The notes beneath the pieces are model-generated. The model ran no database searches and had not been told where the DNA came from. It was given only the letters and a program-made list of their open reading frames with translations. Position numbers and translations under genes: made by a program. 64,000 nucleotides of DNA from an uncultured Gammaproteobacteria bacterium (GTDB taxonomy: Bacteria > Patescibacteriota > Patescibacteriia > SBBC01 > CAIJZX01), in assembly GCA_964397195.1 (NCBI GenBank), contig CAYNGY010000002.1:180012-244011 (forward strand). Reading direction: 5' to 3'. Each line of letters begins with the position of its first letter. Position 1 is the stretch's first letter. Below are positions 9,001-16,660 of this stretch, in pieces.

Positions 9001-11920
9001 GGCCACGGGCTCTGGATTTACGGTGACACCGGGCACGGGCGACATGAACGCAGTCACGTTCAGCGGTGATAGTGGTGGTAATGGTTCATGGACCATTACT
9101 GGGAGCGATCTGACCGTCGATGGTGCGTTAACGGTCAATACAGGCGATTCGTTGACGATTGATACAAGTCGGACACTGACCGCTTCCAGTAGTACCAATG
9201 TAAACAACGATGGGACTATCACCGGGGCTGGGGTGTTGAAGTTCCCAAGTGGTGCGGGCGGTCCTGACTCGGACGCAAATTCAACGGGCACGTATAGTTC
9301 GATCGTGCGCTATGATGCGACAAATGGCGATGTGGCGAGTACGACGATTGATGGTCGGACCTATAGTGGGCGCGTCGAACTTGTATCGACGTCATCAAGT
9401 AATCGCACCATCACCCTACCGAGCACTGCATTCACCGTATCCGGTGGAAGCTCACATTTTTATGTGCAAGCAAATGGGACTGGGGACCTGACCGCTGAAG
9501 CCGGAACGAACAATCCGACCATGACCGTCGGTGGGGCTTTGAAACTGAACGGGACCGGGGGCGGGAATGAAGTGTTGGCGATGGGTGACGGAACGTGGAC
9601 GGTGACGGGCGATGTGGACCTGGCACAAGGATTCACCGCACCGCACGTCGCTCAGCTCAACCCGGTTTGGGATAATTATGGCTATTCACAAGATGAATTT
9701 TTTGATGATGGCTTTGGAGGATGTAATTACGTCAATACAATCTATTCTTGCGGTACATCGAGTAGCACGACGATGGATACGGGCGATGATTTGACCACGA
9801 ATGGAGGTCAAACTTGTCCGAATCTAGGATCGAATTTCGACACACTCAACCGGGCGTATTTGAAGTACGATTTGTCGTCGATCAGTAACACCTATACGGT
9901 GACGGCCTTACAGCAACAAGTCTACGTTACGTCGGCTGGGTCGGGACCGACCATCGGGCGGGCGACGAGCGATACTCCAAACACGGCCGCTTGTGAGGAC
10001 TTATACAATGTTAGTGTGGCGACGCCGTATAATTCCTTCACCGACTGGGGGACTGGATCGAGGGTCGTTTCTCTGCCAACCTCGGGTGCTCAAGCCGCAC
10101 TTGGTACCACTGCGTTCTCGTTGGTCACATATAGCGGTACGCAGAGCATAATTAATTCAACCGACGCCGCGACGAATAAGCCGGTCTTGCGCATTGGATA
10201 TTATACGCCGTCGACATCACCAACCTTAATCATGAACGGGACAGGGGTGACGTTGACGGCGAACGGTGCCCAGCCGGCGAACTTCTATAATTTGACGCTC
10301 TCCGGGACGGTGACGGTCAACTTGACCACGACGGTGTACGTCTTCCACAACTTCGATTTGTCGGGAACGGTTACGAATAACACCGCCGCACTGGTCATGA
10401 CCGGTGTGGCCAGCGGCGCAACGTTATCTGGCCATGGCAATACCATCGGTAACATGAGCATCACTGATAATGGCAATGTGACCATGGATAGTAGTTTGAC
10501 GTTGTCGAGTGCGTTGGTGGTCTATTCGGGCGCGACGCTGACCCTAGCGTCAGGTCAGACACTGACTCACTCGGCGGGCACATTCATCCTCAACGGCACC
10601 ATTGCTGGTCCGGGATTGCTAACTATCACCAATAGCTCCTCGGGTCCCGGCTCGACGGGCACCCTGAATGCCCCCGTACAGTTTGATGCGACCGCGGGGA
10701 ATATTGCGACCACGACATTCGATGCCCGAACGTACAACGGTGCGGTTGAATTGTACTCGAACAGCGGCTCGGCCCGATCGATTACGGCGCCGACCTCCGG
10801 GACGTATTCCTTTGCATCGAGCGTCACGACTACGAGCGCGAATACTGGCGCGCTCACCTGGGATCTCGATAACACGACCGATCCAACCGTCACTATCACC
10901 GGCGCCACGTCGATTGGATCGAATACGACGCTCGAAGCTCCAAGCTCGACTACTCTGACGTTGAATGGGAATTATACAAACAGTGGCACGTTCACCGATG
11001 ATGCCGGCACGGTCGCCATTGGCGGCGGGAGCCCCCAAACACTCGGTGGTACGCTGAGTGGTAGTTCCGACTTTAATAACCTGACCATCACGAACACCAG
11101 TGGTAGCGAATCGGCACCCGGCGTGGTCTTTAGTGCCGCTGTGGCCGCGGCTGGGACGTTGACCGCGAACGCGAACACCAAGCTTCAATTCCTCGCCGGG
11201 ACGACATCGTCCGCGGCGGCTCTCGCCTTGAACGGTACGGTCGGGAATATGATCTATCTCCGTTCATCGTCGCCGGGCTCGTCGTGGAATTTCAATAAAA
11301 CATCCGGCGGAACGCCGACTATTACCTACACGAATATTCGCGATTCGTACGCCTGTGGTTCAAGTGGTGGGGAAATTGATGCGTCCGATGCGCCGAACGG
11401 CTCAAACGTTGATTATGCGAATAATACGTGTTGGCTCATCAATACCATCTCGCTCAGTATTTCTGATACGAGTGTCGGCTTCGGGAGTTGTCAGGCCGGT
11501 TCCGCACGCTACGCCACTGGCGATACACTTGGCGCCTCGAGTGATTCAACGGATGCCCATACCGTCAGCGTAACCACGAATGCGCGGAATGGATATACCC
11601 TGAGTGTACAAGGGGCGACGCTGACCTCGGGCGGCAATACGATTTCGGCGATTGGTGGATCGCCGGCCGCGTCCAACCCGGGCAGCGAACAGTTTGGTCT
11701 TCGGGCCATAAAAAATAGCGGCACCGGCACCATACAGAGTCCGTATAATTCGGCTAACTGGGGGTATAATGGGGTGTCCGCGGCTTCAACCATTGCCAGT
11801 CATACCGCCGGTGTTGCCTCGACCGTCTATGGTATTCGGTACATTTGTAATATCAACGCGTTGACTGAGGCGGGAAATTACTCGTCAAATTTGACCTACG
11901 TGCTGACCGGCCAGTTCTAA
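1..11920 (+). CDS. Giant secreted surface protein, partial at the 5' end (the reading frame is open to nt 2). The N-terminal part carries at least six autotransporter-associated PATR beta-strand repeats, followed by long beta-helix-like G/T/S/N repeats. The C-terminal ~170 aa is a WxL-like domain shared with the 13673..14728 gene.
   Basis: The ORF runs to the window edge with no stop upstream in frame. It contains repeated motifs of the form LTKxGxGTLxLSGxNTYTGxTTIxAGTLxL, for example TKWGAGTMTITGTNLNTGLVQVNAGTLKY, LTKTTGGTVTLSGTNTFSGITTISGGTLSV, YTKIGPGTLILSGSNLHTGLNTVLAGTLKL and LTKDGTGILYLPNANTYTGLTTINAGIIDI. The C-terminal block ...ISDTSVGFG..RYATGDTLG...LTSGGNTISA...EQF...TEAGNYSSNLTYVLTGQF aligns at roughly 45% identity with the C-terminus of the small protein downstream. 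Confidence 0.8.
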   Translation, partial: SAARIINSGGGTLTFSGAPSGAFNFVVGGSGNTTFSTAFPNAAATITKWGAGTMTITGTNLNTGLVQVNAGTLKYAATTTLAAPNLIVNGGTFDFNGNTDTIGTVTMRSGTITDSNGTPGALTGATAYELYSGTISGVLTGGGVPLNKRTGGTVTVTKSQSYTNLTTVLAGTLQYGASNIIADAAAITVNGGTLDVQSYADTLATVTLTNGYIIGGGTLTGSAYNVMSGSISAILAGAVNLTKTTGGTVTLSGTNTFSGITTISGGTLSVGSIGNGLSAGNLGAASNAAANIVFNTGTGTLAYTGGSASTDRNITTTTGITMQIDVTNPAAVLTWSGATTATTAPYTKIGPGTLILSGSNLHTGLNTVLAGTLKLGAANVLVTGGLTVTNGTFDLNNFSDSLGAITISKDGQIIDSVGTTAILTTSAAGVYQSGTISARITGSSASAFTKSTSDRVILSGNNTHTSTAVTLSAGALNLQHSNALGISTTALLVTETSGAVVEVQNTVTIPSNKTFNISGTGVNLGGAIENVADSNTLQGTITLGASNTRINSNLGTLTISGNIAGNALNVVYGGAGNIAQNGTIGTTSGTLTKDGTGILYLPNANTYTGLTTINAGIIDIQNATSLGTTANGTVVNSGATLRSSVFVTVGVEALTLNGTGVSNVGALQSYVEAVTWQGAVTLASNASIGVNDSPASITGTIIGSGSNGLTKVGSGSLTVSTTTLGGDLTISAGTLVASGSSVISVGGSWSNSGTFTANSSTVSLTSTTSATITGNTTFNNFSVTGIGAAKTISFVHGSTTTVSGTWTVNGGAVGTRIVLTRDNTSNWNVNPATAALDYVDISYVTNQGSYFCATHSVTANGGNANIGVTSGTACGVTVSGFIYTNDASSALNCTVGGTRTVAVKVNGSGSFTGACSSSSGDFTVSAVPITAAGDVLTVFISGATEKAATVTIAADNTSDITNIPLRVSRLVVTHESAGPITNHATTGIGRYDKDDDATNLFFTANSNNLVVDAGYKLMVNSGKTYTPGGNVTTGPSTNAATVDGDVNIPATSTLNLGTNTLSVGGHLVNAGTLNSSAGSAIVFTSTASGTMTITGGGATIYDLTLNNASGHWTNSGNITINGNFNLTAGEFIQANSTTITVNGTGFTLASGSTWTKATSGGNLILENGSNLSFTDNTSPKQNLGAVQIGASPGTTTLTTDMSATSVTIPNGDTFNTKGYDVTTTDFFDCQGTCILNLTDTGPSNEGDGTVLDVGGDFSMSDTATFTAATSILFMNSTAAANSNRTWITGGKTYNHVELKNAGTSLSTIEPSGDVDVNGDFTITDGYVDFGANPPVTVTTAGNVTIVVGATVVAPDSWTFDGSGTKTWTDGTSGGGQNLGAVAINGSSKTVNLGSDAKATTVTIAGSQTLGLASSGYTLTITGSGTAGSRPFQNNGTLNEGTDSTVKYTGTATTDLFDETYYHLTLAPASGSPTFNMGPDGVSGFTVTGTLTVGDATHAVTLDTNFDDQQYLNDVVIANAATWNTNAVNGQSMSGSLVMNGTLTINDVLGFTAATLGHTISGSTLNSTGALTAVVFDGVGGGWTIQNDTAFSSFNIIGGSVIQGPNVNITVDGAWAMASGTTFTKASGSGTVTFIGTSATTFTDSTASKQNIGDVFITKTHGTPSNNKVTLASSMLADTVTVSASNTLDLASGGYTLTVANVGSSADPLTVTGTLTASGSSTVALTATNSGGSVNIPTTTYYALGLGTTADSTAETYVLSGNTTVSTVLTVGNASSGAADAFDASSRTLTLPGGGTPFVLTSQGTFTASSSTVNYTGGPSTVTVVGATYNNLGVGTTVDITTGVIYQLAANTTVSGVLTVGNTGSTNIDTLDGSSRTLTLSGSGTPFVLTSKGAFALGTSTVLYSGTSATTIAATQYYSLTTGVNDGNTVTYTLDTTAVSNTCATGSTGTYTQACGGTLAITTGDTLTITGVNLSLSAGGTLVLDGTMDGTGTFTYFSTTEFPSSGTVSVATIYMNLYYNDVTLSPRTYGGDVLAISFTGSNRTLYFGAVSEAGSLTIGGSKRLLLYAQSTGNITLDNTRNNWNVTIGTDLQTPGSGGGTETILAGSGTWTASGNVTFTNGIFTAGSSTLTMNGTSKTLTSAGNALNNFNQTGGTVTMSGATTVNNNFTITSGTLTAPSAANLSVGGDFNNAGTFTHNSGTVIMTGTSKNITGGSATTFNNLQISGTTGIDAAGSDATVAGTLTVDSSKILTINTGRVVTHTGTTDVANSGTIQGAGTLRFTSSSTGGPGTGGAINSIVRFDASGASIPTAVVDARTYGGDLEYYSNVAAVRTITPASTTHTVSGNLKIITGASQTSSFTVAANTNNPTFTIAGNLSYTKGASATPAVTSGSGTWTVSGDATFTNGTYTPSTNNTFVMDGSGKTVASTVSFYKFTSNGTITSTGNVSVANILTLQSGKSLTVSGTLNCSNASTIVMTGATLDGAGTLIYQKGGTGFPTDGTLNIATTMFAPTTGAVTIPSRTYGGSVVCEDGLSATTCTLTGTPIITGNLSLYDVSLGASFDGTPTSVTIGGNFSGINNGGGNGLTMAGTWTVSGDFDMSSLSSFSAGTSSLVMNGATKTLTTNGNSLYDFSVSGGSVSVAGTNATVSHDLTVSSGVLTAPTGTLSVGRNFAHSGGTFTHNNGTVALTTSTAAAVSGSTTFKNLSVTGIGAAKTITFTASSTQTVTGTWTVTGASGQIVTLQSSSSPTKWNINPTAASVSYAAVTDSDNQGVSFCATFSTGSSNTGWSIGAGASCGITVSGTVYQSSNEGSGYGCNSDNLTMYVAVNGDVTPDSGLCNSAGGTFTITGVTDPGAANIPIAVYIDTGESVKGTTVTLSSASGADISGLSLMLDRLVVSQQSGTATTNSHLNTADNGNAGIRYAVSGGALTVDAGMELHVLSGKTFTPGGAVTTTATGTAAGAAGDVHIAGTLTMGTNALNVGGDYTNAGTFNKTNTQTTTFAATGSGFTVTPGTGDMNAVTFSGDSGGNGSWTITGSDLTVDGALTVNTGDSLTIDTSRTLTASSSTNVNNDGTITGAGVLKFPSGAGGPDSDANSTGTYSSIVRYDATNGDVASTTIDGRTYSGRVELVSTSSSNRTITLPSTAFTVSGGSSHFYVQANGTGDLTAEAGTNNPTMTVGGALKLNGTGGGNEVLAMGDGTWTVTGDVDLAQGFTAPHVAQLNPVWDNYGYSQDEFFDDGFGGCNYVNTIYSCGTSSSTTMDTGDDLTTNGGQTCPNLGSNFDTLNRAYLKYDLSSISNTYTVTALQQQVYVTSAGSGPTIGRATSDTPNTAACEDLYNVSVATPYNSFTDWGTGSRVVSLPTSGAQAALGTTAFSLVTYSGTQSIINSTDAATNKPVLRIGYYTPSTSPTLIMNGTGVTLTANGAQPANFYNLTLSGTVTVNLTTTVYVFHNFDLSGTVTNNTAALVMTGVASGATLSGHGNTIGNMSITDNGNVTMDSSLTLSSALVVYSGATLTLASGQTLTHSAGTFILNGTIAGPGLLTITNSSSGPGSTGTLNAPVQFDATAGNIATTTFDARTYNGAVELYSNSGSARSITAPTSGTYSFASSVTTTSANTGALTWDLDNTTDPTVTITGATSIGSNTTLEAPSSTTLTLNGNYTNSGTFTDDAGTVAIGGGSPQTLGGTLSGSSDFNNLTITNTSGSESAPGVVFSAAVAAAGTLTANANTKLQFLAGTTSSAAALALNGTVGNMIYLRSSSPGSSWNFNKTSGGTPTITYTNIRDSYACGSSGGEIDASDAPNGSNVDYANNTCWLINTISLSISDTSVGFGSCQAGSARYATGDTLGASSDSTDAHTVSVTTNARNGYTLSVQGATLTSGGNTISAIGGSPAASNPGSEQFGLRAIKNSGTGTIQSPYNSANWGYNGVSAASTIASHTAGVASTVYGIRYICNINALTEAGNYSSNLTYVLTGQF

Positions 11921-11956
11921 TATCGTTGACAGCTATAGGAAAAGGGGGTAAGAACC

Positions 11957-13552
11957 ATGCGTATGAAGCATTTGTGGTCGCGTCGACGAGTCATCTCTTG
12001 GGCATCCCGTGGCCTTTTTTGTGGGCTGTTGATGGTGATGTTTTTTTCTGGGGCACAGGTAGTGCAGGCCCAAATGACCTTGATCGACGAGGCTGACGAC
12101 GGCGTCTTGGTCAGTGGCGGCATCACCTTCGATCTTCGTCAGTACCGATTCTGTCGCGACCCGATCACTTGTGAACTTCCGGATCGGCTTTCGAACATCG
12201 ATCTCTTCCTGCGCCGACACAAAGTTGGTCTGTATACACCTGATGCCCGTCCATTAGAGCCGGCGGCGGAAGTGGTGCGATTAAATATCGTCCCGCAGGC
12301 ACTCGGATATCTGAATTTGTACCAGACAACTCATGTGTGGCGATACCGTCAGGAAGCTGTCGATCGTTTGCAGTATCTTCTACACATTGGACCAGATGTC
12401 TACGGTCGGGGCGTGCGCTCCGGGATGACTGGGTACGCATTTCTCATGGGGTATCGGTATACCGGAAACGCGGCTTACAAAAAAGCGGCCCAGCGTATCG
12501 CTGAAGAGTGTCTGACACAGCCGCTCGGGGATCGATGGATGAATGGGGGATTGATGTGTGGGTTTCACTTAGCGGGCATGTATCGACTGACCGGGGACGT
12601 TCGGTATCAAACGGAGGCTCGTAAGATTGTCGAGCGAACGTCAGTTTGGCAGTACCCAAATGGCGCTTGGCCACATCAGCCCCATCCGGATGGCGGAAAT
12701 ACGAGCTATACGGCGTGGATGGTGACCGAGCTATTATTGATGCATGAGGATGATCCCGGGTACGAGCTTGGTGATTTATTGCTGGCAAAATCCATCAACT
12801 TTTTGGCGCAACGTGTAAACACCGACGGGAGTTTGAATTATAGTGATGCCGCCGGTGACTACTACCTTGATCCGGGCGGCTTGGAATCACGTTTCTGGAC
12901 CGGAGAACTAGCCAATATTGCCCTCGATTTGTCGGCTGGTGGTCGTCGCGATGCCGCGAACAAGGTTTTGCGAACACTCTTTTCCTATGAAATGACAGGG
13001 AAAAATCGTGGCGGATACCCGGATAAATACAATCTATCGAACACGACGACTATTTGGGAAACAGGGAGCCCCTCAGTTGTTCGGACGTCGATGATATTTT
13101 GGTATCTGTCGATGATTGATCAATTCGATCGCCCGTGCCGGTCTGGCGGCACGCCGACGTGTACTATTTCGTCGCCATCGTGTAGTCCGTTGTATTCCGG
13201 TATGGGTCAATGTCCGCAAGGGATAACAGGGAACCGTACCTGCCTCGCTGGTACTTACACGTCGTGTTTTGAACTAGCTACGACTCAGCTTTCTGAGCCG
13301 CTCATTTGCCAGGTCGATTCGTATTGTGAGAATGATCGTCAGTGGGGAGCGTGTTATTATACGTGTTATCGATCTGGGAAACAGCTCTGTCTGAATGGGG
13401 TTTGTGCAGGGATCTGCTACGCGGTACAGGAAGGGGAGGTGCAATGCGATTCTGAGTGTTACCAAGATCAGTCCTGTCCGGCTGGGGCGGACGCTCTACC
13501 GCCTGGACTGTCCGTGGACGACCAGAAGTTGCGGCGCCAGCCTTCCCGATAG
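11957..13552 (+). CDS. Secreted protein of unknown function. It has an N-terminal signal or transmembrane segment, an alpha-helical repeat-rich core, and a Cys-rich C-terminal module of about 120 aa with roughly 25 Cys.
   Basis: The ATG at 11957 is preceded by a GGGGG Shine-Dalgarno sequence. A hydrophobic N-terminus (LFCGLLMVMFFSGAQVVQA) is present. The C-terminus has dense cysteines (CRSGGTPTCTISSPSCSPLYSGMGQCPQG...CYAVQEGEVQCDSECYQDQSCP). No motif allows a confident family assignment. Confidence 0.55.
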   Translation: MRMKHLWSRRRVISWASRGLFCGLLMVMFFSGAQVVQAQMTLIDEADDGVLVSGGITFDLRQYRFCRDPITCELPDRLSNIDLFLRRHKVGLYTPDARPLEPAAEVVRLNIVPQALGYLNLYQTTHVWRYRQEAVDRLQYLLHIGPDVYGRGVRSGMTGYAFLMGYRYTGNAAYKKAAQRIAEECLTQPLGDRWMNGGLMCGFHLAGMYRLTGDVRYQTEARKIVERTSVWQYPNGAWPHQPHPDGGNTSYTAWMVTELLLMHEDDPGYELGDLLLAKSINFLAQRVNTDGSLNYSDAAGDYYLDPGGLESRFWTGELANIALDLSAGGRRDAANKVLRTLFSYEMTGKNRGGYPDKYNLSNTTTIWETGSPSVVRTSMIFWYLSMIDQFDRPCRSGGTPTCTISSPSCSPLYSGMGQCPQGITGNRTCLAGTYTSCFELATTQLSEPLICQVDSYCENDRQWGACYYTCYRSGKQLCLNGVCAGICYAVQEGEVQCDSECYQDQSCPAGADALPPGLSVDDQKLRRQPSR

Positions 13553-13592
13553 CGATCCGTAGTCAGATTAGGTGGGTGGCGGTGTCCCTATT

Positions 13593-13621
13593 TTGACCGA
13601 GTTGTAAAAATGTGCTACAAT
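13593..13621 (+). promoter_or_regulatory. Sigma70-like promoter: -35 TTGACC, a 17-nt spacer, and an extended -10 TGcTACAAT.
   Basis: TTGACC sits at 13593-13598 and TACAAT at 13616-13621, with TG two nt upstream of the -10. It lies about 50 nt upstream of the 13673 start. Confidence 0.5.
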
Positions 13622-13672
13622 AAGGTGAGTAAATATCAAATAGTAGCCTCTTGGCTAAGGTTGGCCAAATAT

Positions 13673-14728
13673 ATGATTAAAAGACATTCCGTTCGTTCCC
13701 TTTCCCGTCGTAGCGCCGCGCTATTAGCCATTTTTGGCTTGATGGTAGGGATGAATATCGGGTCAATTCAGGAGGCCACAGCGGCCCAGATTACTCCGGC
13801 GAAGGTGACCATGTCCAACCTTAACGCGAGTGGTACTGGTACCTTGGCTTTTGCCTTTACCACCATCACCTCGTTATCGGCGACCAATACCATTAAATTA
13901 CAGTTTGATCCAACGGGAGATCTCTTTACACTGGCATCCGTAGCCGATACGGATTTTTCAGCCGTCTCTGGAATGACGATTGTTAATGCTTGTGGTGGCG
14001 GGTCTGATGAAGTAACGGTGACGTCGGATACGTCGGCGCCTGATGAGAGCTATACGTTGACGGTTTGTTCGGGTGATACCGTTGGTGCCGGAGCCAAGGC
14101 ATTTACGATCGCCACCGCGAAAGTGACGAATCCAGCAACACCAGCCGCGTATAAGATCGCCATTACTACCACATCAGACTCGGCGACGATCGCCATTCCG
14201 GTCATTACCAATGATGTGGTCAATGTGTCGGCGACTGTCGACCCATCCATTACGTTCAGCATTTCTGATGTGACCGTTGGGTTCGGAACGTTGGCTTCGG
14301 GTGCTGTCCGCTACGCCACCGGTGATACGCTCGGTGGGACGACCGAAACGACCGCTGCGCACACGATGTCGGCCGGGACAAACGCCGTGTCGGGGTTAGC
14401 GGTCACTTACTCTGGCGGCCTGCTCACGAGCGGTGGTAATACGATCAGTGCGGCAACGAGCGTCACCCCGCCGGGGAACACCGCGGCCGAGCAGTTTGCT
14501 ATTGCAGTTGACGATAATGGAACGGCCTTTACGATTGCCGCGGGCTACGATCAGGCGACACCGATCTATTCGTACGTCGGTACGGGCACGACGACGGCAT
14601 TATTTTCGTCGGCGGGGCCGCTGTCCTCGACCAACGTTGATGTTCATTATCTGGCGAACATTGCCGCCAATACCGAAGCCGGTAACTACTCGACCAACAT
14701 CACCTACATCGCTACGGCTACTTACTAG
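13673..14728 (+). CDS. Secreted protein whose C-terminal ~170 aa is homologous to the C-terminus of the giant protein. This is a WxL-like surface-binding domain with a C-terminal motif YSTNITYIA.
   Basis: The start was chosen at MIKRHS... (RBS AAGG, 13 nt upstream) rather than at the ORF-track start, which overlaps the promoter. A signal peptide is present (LLAIFGLMVGMNIGSIQEATA). The C-terminal domain aligns with giant-protein residues around 3775-3947. Confidence 0.7.
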   Translation: MIKRHSVRSLSRRSAALLAIFGLMVGMNIGSIQEATAAQITPAKVTMSNLNASGTGTLAFAFTTITSLSATNTIKLQFDPTGDLFTLASVADTDFSAVSGMTIVNACGGGSDEVTVTSDTSAPDESYTLTVCSGDTVGAGAKAFTIATAKVTNPATPAAYKIAITTTSDSATIAIPVITNDVVNVSATVDPSITFSISDVTVGFGTLASGAVRYATGDTLGGTTETTAAHTMSAGTNAVSGLAVTYSGGLLTSGGNTISAATSVTPPGNTAAEQFAIAVDDNGTAFTIAAGYDQATPIYSYVGTGTTTALFSSAGPLSSTNVDVHYLANIAANTEAGNYSTNITYIATATY

Positions 14729-14758
14729 GTCGGCAGCAGCGGTACTGGATTTACGTCC

Positions 14759-15784
14759 ATGTCAAAACAAATAGCACGTTCCCTCCTGATTGCCGCGGTT
14801 GTCCTCGCTGGACTGTCGGTTCACCATTCAGCGCAGGCGCTATCCTTAGTGCCACCGAGTTTGGAGTATAGCGTTAAGCCGGGAGATGTTGTTGCCGATC
14901 AGGTAAAGCTCTATAACGAACAGGATCAGTCCATGACGGTCACACCGTCGTCGGCGAATTTTGGTGCAAAAGACGAAACCGGCCAGCCGGACTTTACCTT
15001 TGATGCGCCATCGGCCGATTTGGCGTCGTGGATTACGCTTGATACATCGCCTCTGACGATTAAACCGAGCGATCGTGCCACAATTGCCTTCACCATCACG
15101 GTGCCAAAGAATGCCGAACCGGGCGGGCACTATGCCGGAATTTTCTTTGCCACCGGTGCGCCAAAAGAGGGACAGGTCGCGGTTCAATCAAAAATTGGGA
15201 CGTTGATTATTCTCAGTGTGGCAGGGAATGAGAAAGAATTAGCGTCGATTGTCGAAACCGGTGTCAATAATGCACAAAAAACACTTAGTCGCTTGCCGGT
15301 ATCATTTTTCGCGAGAATTCGGAATACCGGAAATGTCCATGTTCGCCCCGAGGGATCGGTGACGATTAAGAATATGTTCGGGCGAGTTTCGGCCGTGATT
15401 CCGGTGAACGATGTGCGCGGCGCGGTGTTACCGAAGAGTATTCGTCGTTTTGAGATGAGCTGGTCGAAAGGTGCGGATGTCTGTGATCAAGAACCCGATG
15501 GGACCTCAAAGCCGTGCGGTTTTTTTCAGCAAGTTGGCGCGGAGTGGCGGAACTTCGGATTTGGCACATACACTGCCTCGTTTGATCTGACCTATGGGAA
15601 AACATCGAAGGCGCTGAGTGACAGCGTTTCCTTCATGATCATTCCGTGGCGACTCTTGTTAGTTGAGTTTCTGGCCTTGGTGTTGCTAGTCGTGGTGTTC
15701 CTGTTTGGCATTCGTCGTTATAATCGCGCGATCATCCGGAGCGCGCAATCAAGGAAGAACATCCCGCCGGTTAAGCGCATGTAG
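14759..15784 (+). CDS. Surface protein with a signal peptide, a DUF916/DUF3324-like beta-sandwich region and a C-terminal transmembrane anchor. It resembles the CscA-type partner found in WxL loci.
   Basis: A signal peptide is present (LLIAAVVLAGLSVHHSAQA). The core YSVKPGDVVADQVKLYNEQDQSMTVTP resembles the DUF916 motif F.L.VKPGQ.Q.L.V.V.N. The C-terminal hydrophobic helix WRLLLVEFLALVLLVVVFLFGI is followed by a basic tail. Confidence 0.45.
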   Translation: MSKQIARSLLIAAVVLAGLSVHHSAQALSLVPPSLEYSVKPGDVVADQVKLYNEQDQSMTVTPSSANFGAKDETGQPDFTFDAPSADLASWITLDTSPLTIKPSDRATIAFTITVPKNAEPGGHYAGIFFATGAPKEGQVAVQSKIGTLIILSVAGNEKELASIVETGVNNAQKTLSRLPVSFFARIRNTGNVHVRPEGSVTIKNMFGRVSAVIPVNDVRGAVLPKSIRRFEMSWSKGADVCDQEPDGTSKPCGFFQQVGAEWRNFGFGTYTASFDLTYGKTSKALSDSVSFMIIPWRLLLVEFLALVLLVVVFLFGIRRYNRAIIRSAQSRKNIPPVKRM

Positions 15785-15787
15785 CCC

Positions 15788-16660
15788 ATGTTCGGCTCTT
15801 GGGCGCAGTTTGTTCATCGGGCGCTCCTCGGGAGCGTCGCTTTGGTTTTAGGGATGTGGCCGTATTCGGTGGCGGCGCAAACCGTGACCGGCTCGGCGTC
15901 GGTTGGAGTGAGTGCAGTCGTAATCGACCAGAACGTCGTGCCAACAAACCCGAGCGTCGAGTTTCATGGTGTTGTTTCGCCCAACGCGACGGTCACCATT
16001 TCTCGGGACGGGACGGTCGTGTCGTCACAGCTTGCTTCCAGCACAGCTGATTTTGTCGCCGTGTTGCTCGACCAGCCGGCTGGACCGCAAAACTATCTCA
16101 TCTCTGCGGTTGATACGAGCGGCGCGGCCTTAGCGCCGATCTCGTTTTCGCTAACGCTGGTGGTCAATACGAATACCATCATCACCGGCGTTTTCTTGGG
16201 TCCGTCAATTCGGATTGATAAATCAGCCGTCAAACTCGGCCAATATGTCACCGTAGCTGGTATGACCGCTCCGAGCAGTGATGTGAGCGTTACCATCCAT
16301 TCGACCCAGGCTAAGAGTTTTACGGTCACGGCCGACGGATCCGGGCGGTGGTCGAAGTTGGTGAACACGGATGATGTGGGTGTTGGAACGCATACCGCCC
16401 AAGCACGGGCCGTGCTCGGTGGGAGTCAAATTTCAGCGGTGAGCGCAGTAGTGTCGTTCGCGGTTAATCCGCTCGAACAGTGTGATGGAAAAAAGACGGC
16501 CGATGTGAATTGTGATGGACATGTCGATTTAACTGACTTTAGTATCTTGCTGTATTTCTGGCAACAGACAAATCCACGGAATAGTCGGGTCGATATTAAC
16601 GCCGATGGCCGGGTTGATGTGATTGATTTTAGTATCATGCTCTACCAATGGACAAATTAA
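15788..16660 (+). CDS. Secreted protein with Ig-like beta domains and a C-terminal type-I dockerin module of two Ca-binding repeats.
   Basis: The C-terminus reads DVNCDGHVDLTDFSILLYFWQQ...VDINADGRVDVIDFSIMLYQW. That is a duplicated DxNxDGxVDxxDfsilL dockerin signature. An N-terminal signal peptide is present. Confidence 0.75.
   Translation: MFGSWAQFVHRALLGSVALVLGMWPYSVAAQTVTGSASVGVSAVVIDQNVVPTNPSVEFHGVVSPNATVTISRDGTVVSSQLASSTADFVAVLLDQPAGPQNYLISAVDTSGAALAPISFSLTLVVNTNTIITGVFLGPSIRIDKSAVKLGQYVTVAGMTAPSSDVSVTIHSTQAKSFTVTADGSGRWSKLVNTDDVGVGTHTAQARAVLGGSQISAVSAVVSFAVNPLEQCDGKKTADVNCDGHVDLTDFSILLYFWQQTNPRNSRVDINADGRVDVIDFSIMLYQWTN

Noticed and set aside
589-11793. Numerous 60-190 aa ORFs on the - strand and in alternate + frames inside the giant repeat gene (e.g. 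1234..1698, 7360..7926, 10619..11188).
   Set aside because: They lie entirely within a long ORF that is well supported by repeat structure. Repeat-rich, GC-biased sequence generates open antisense frames by chance. None has a motif or a translation signal.
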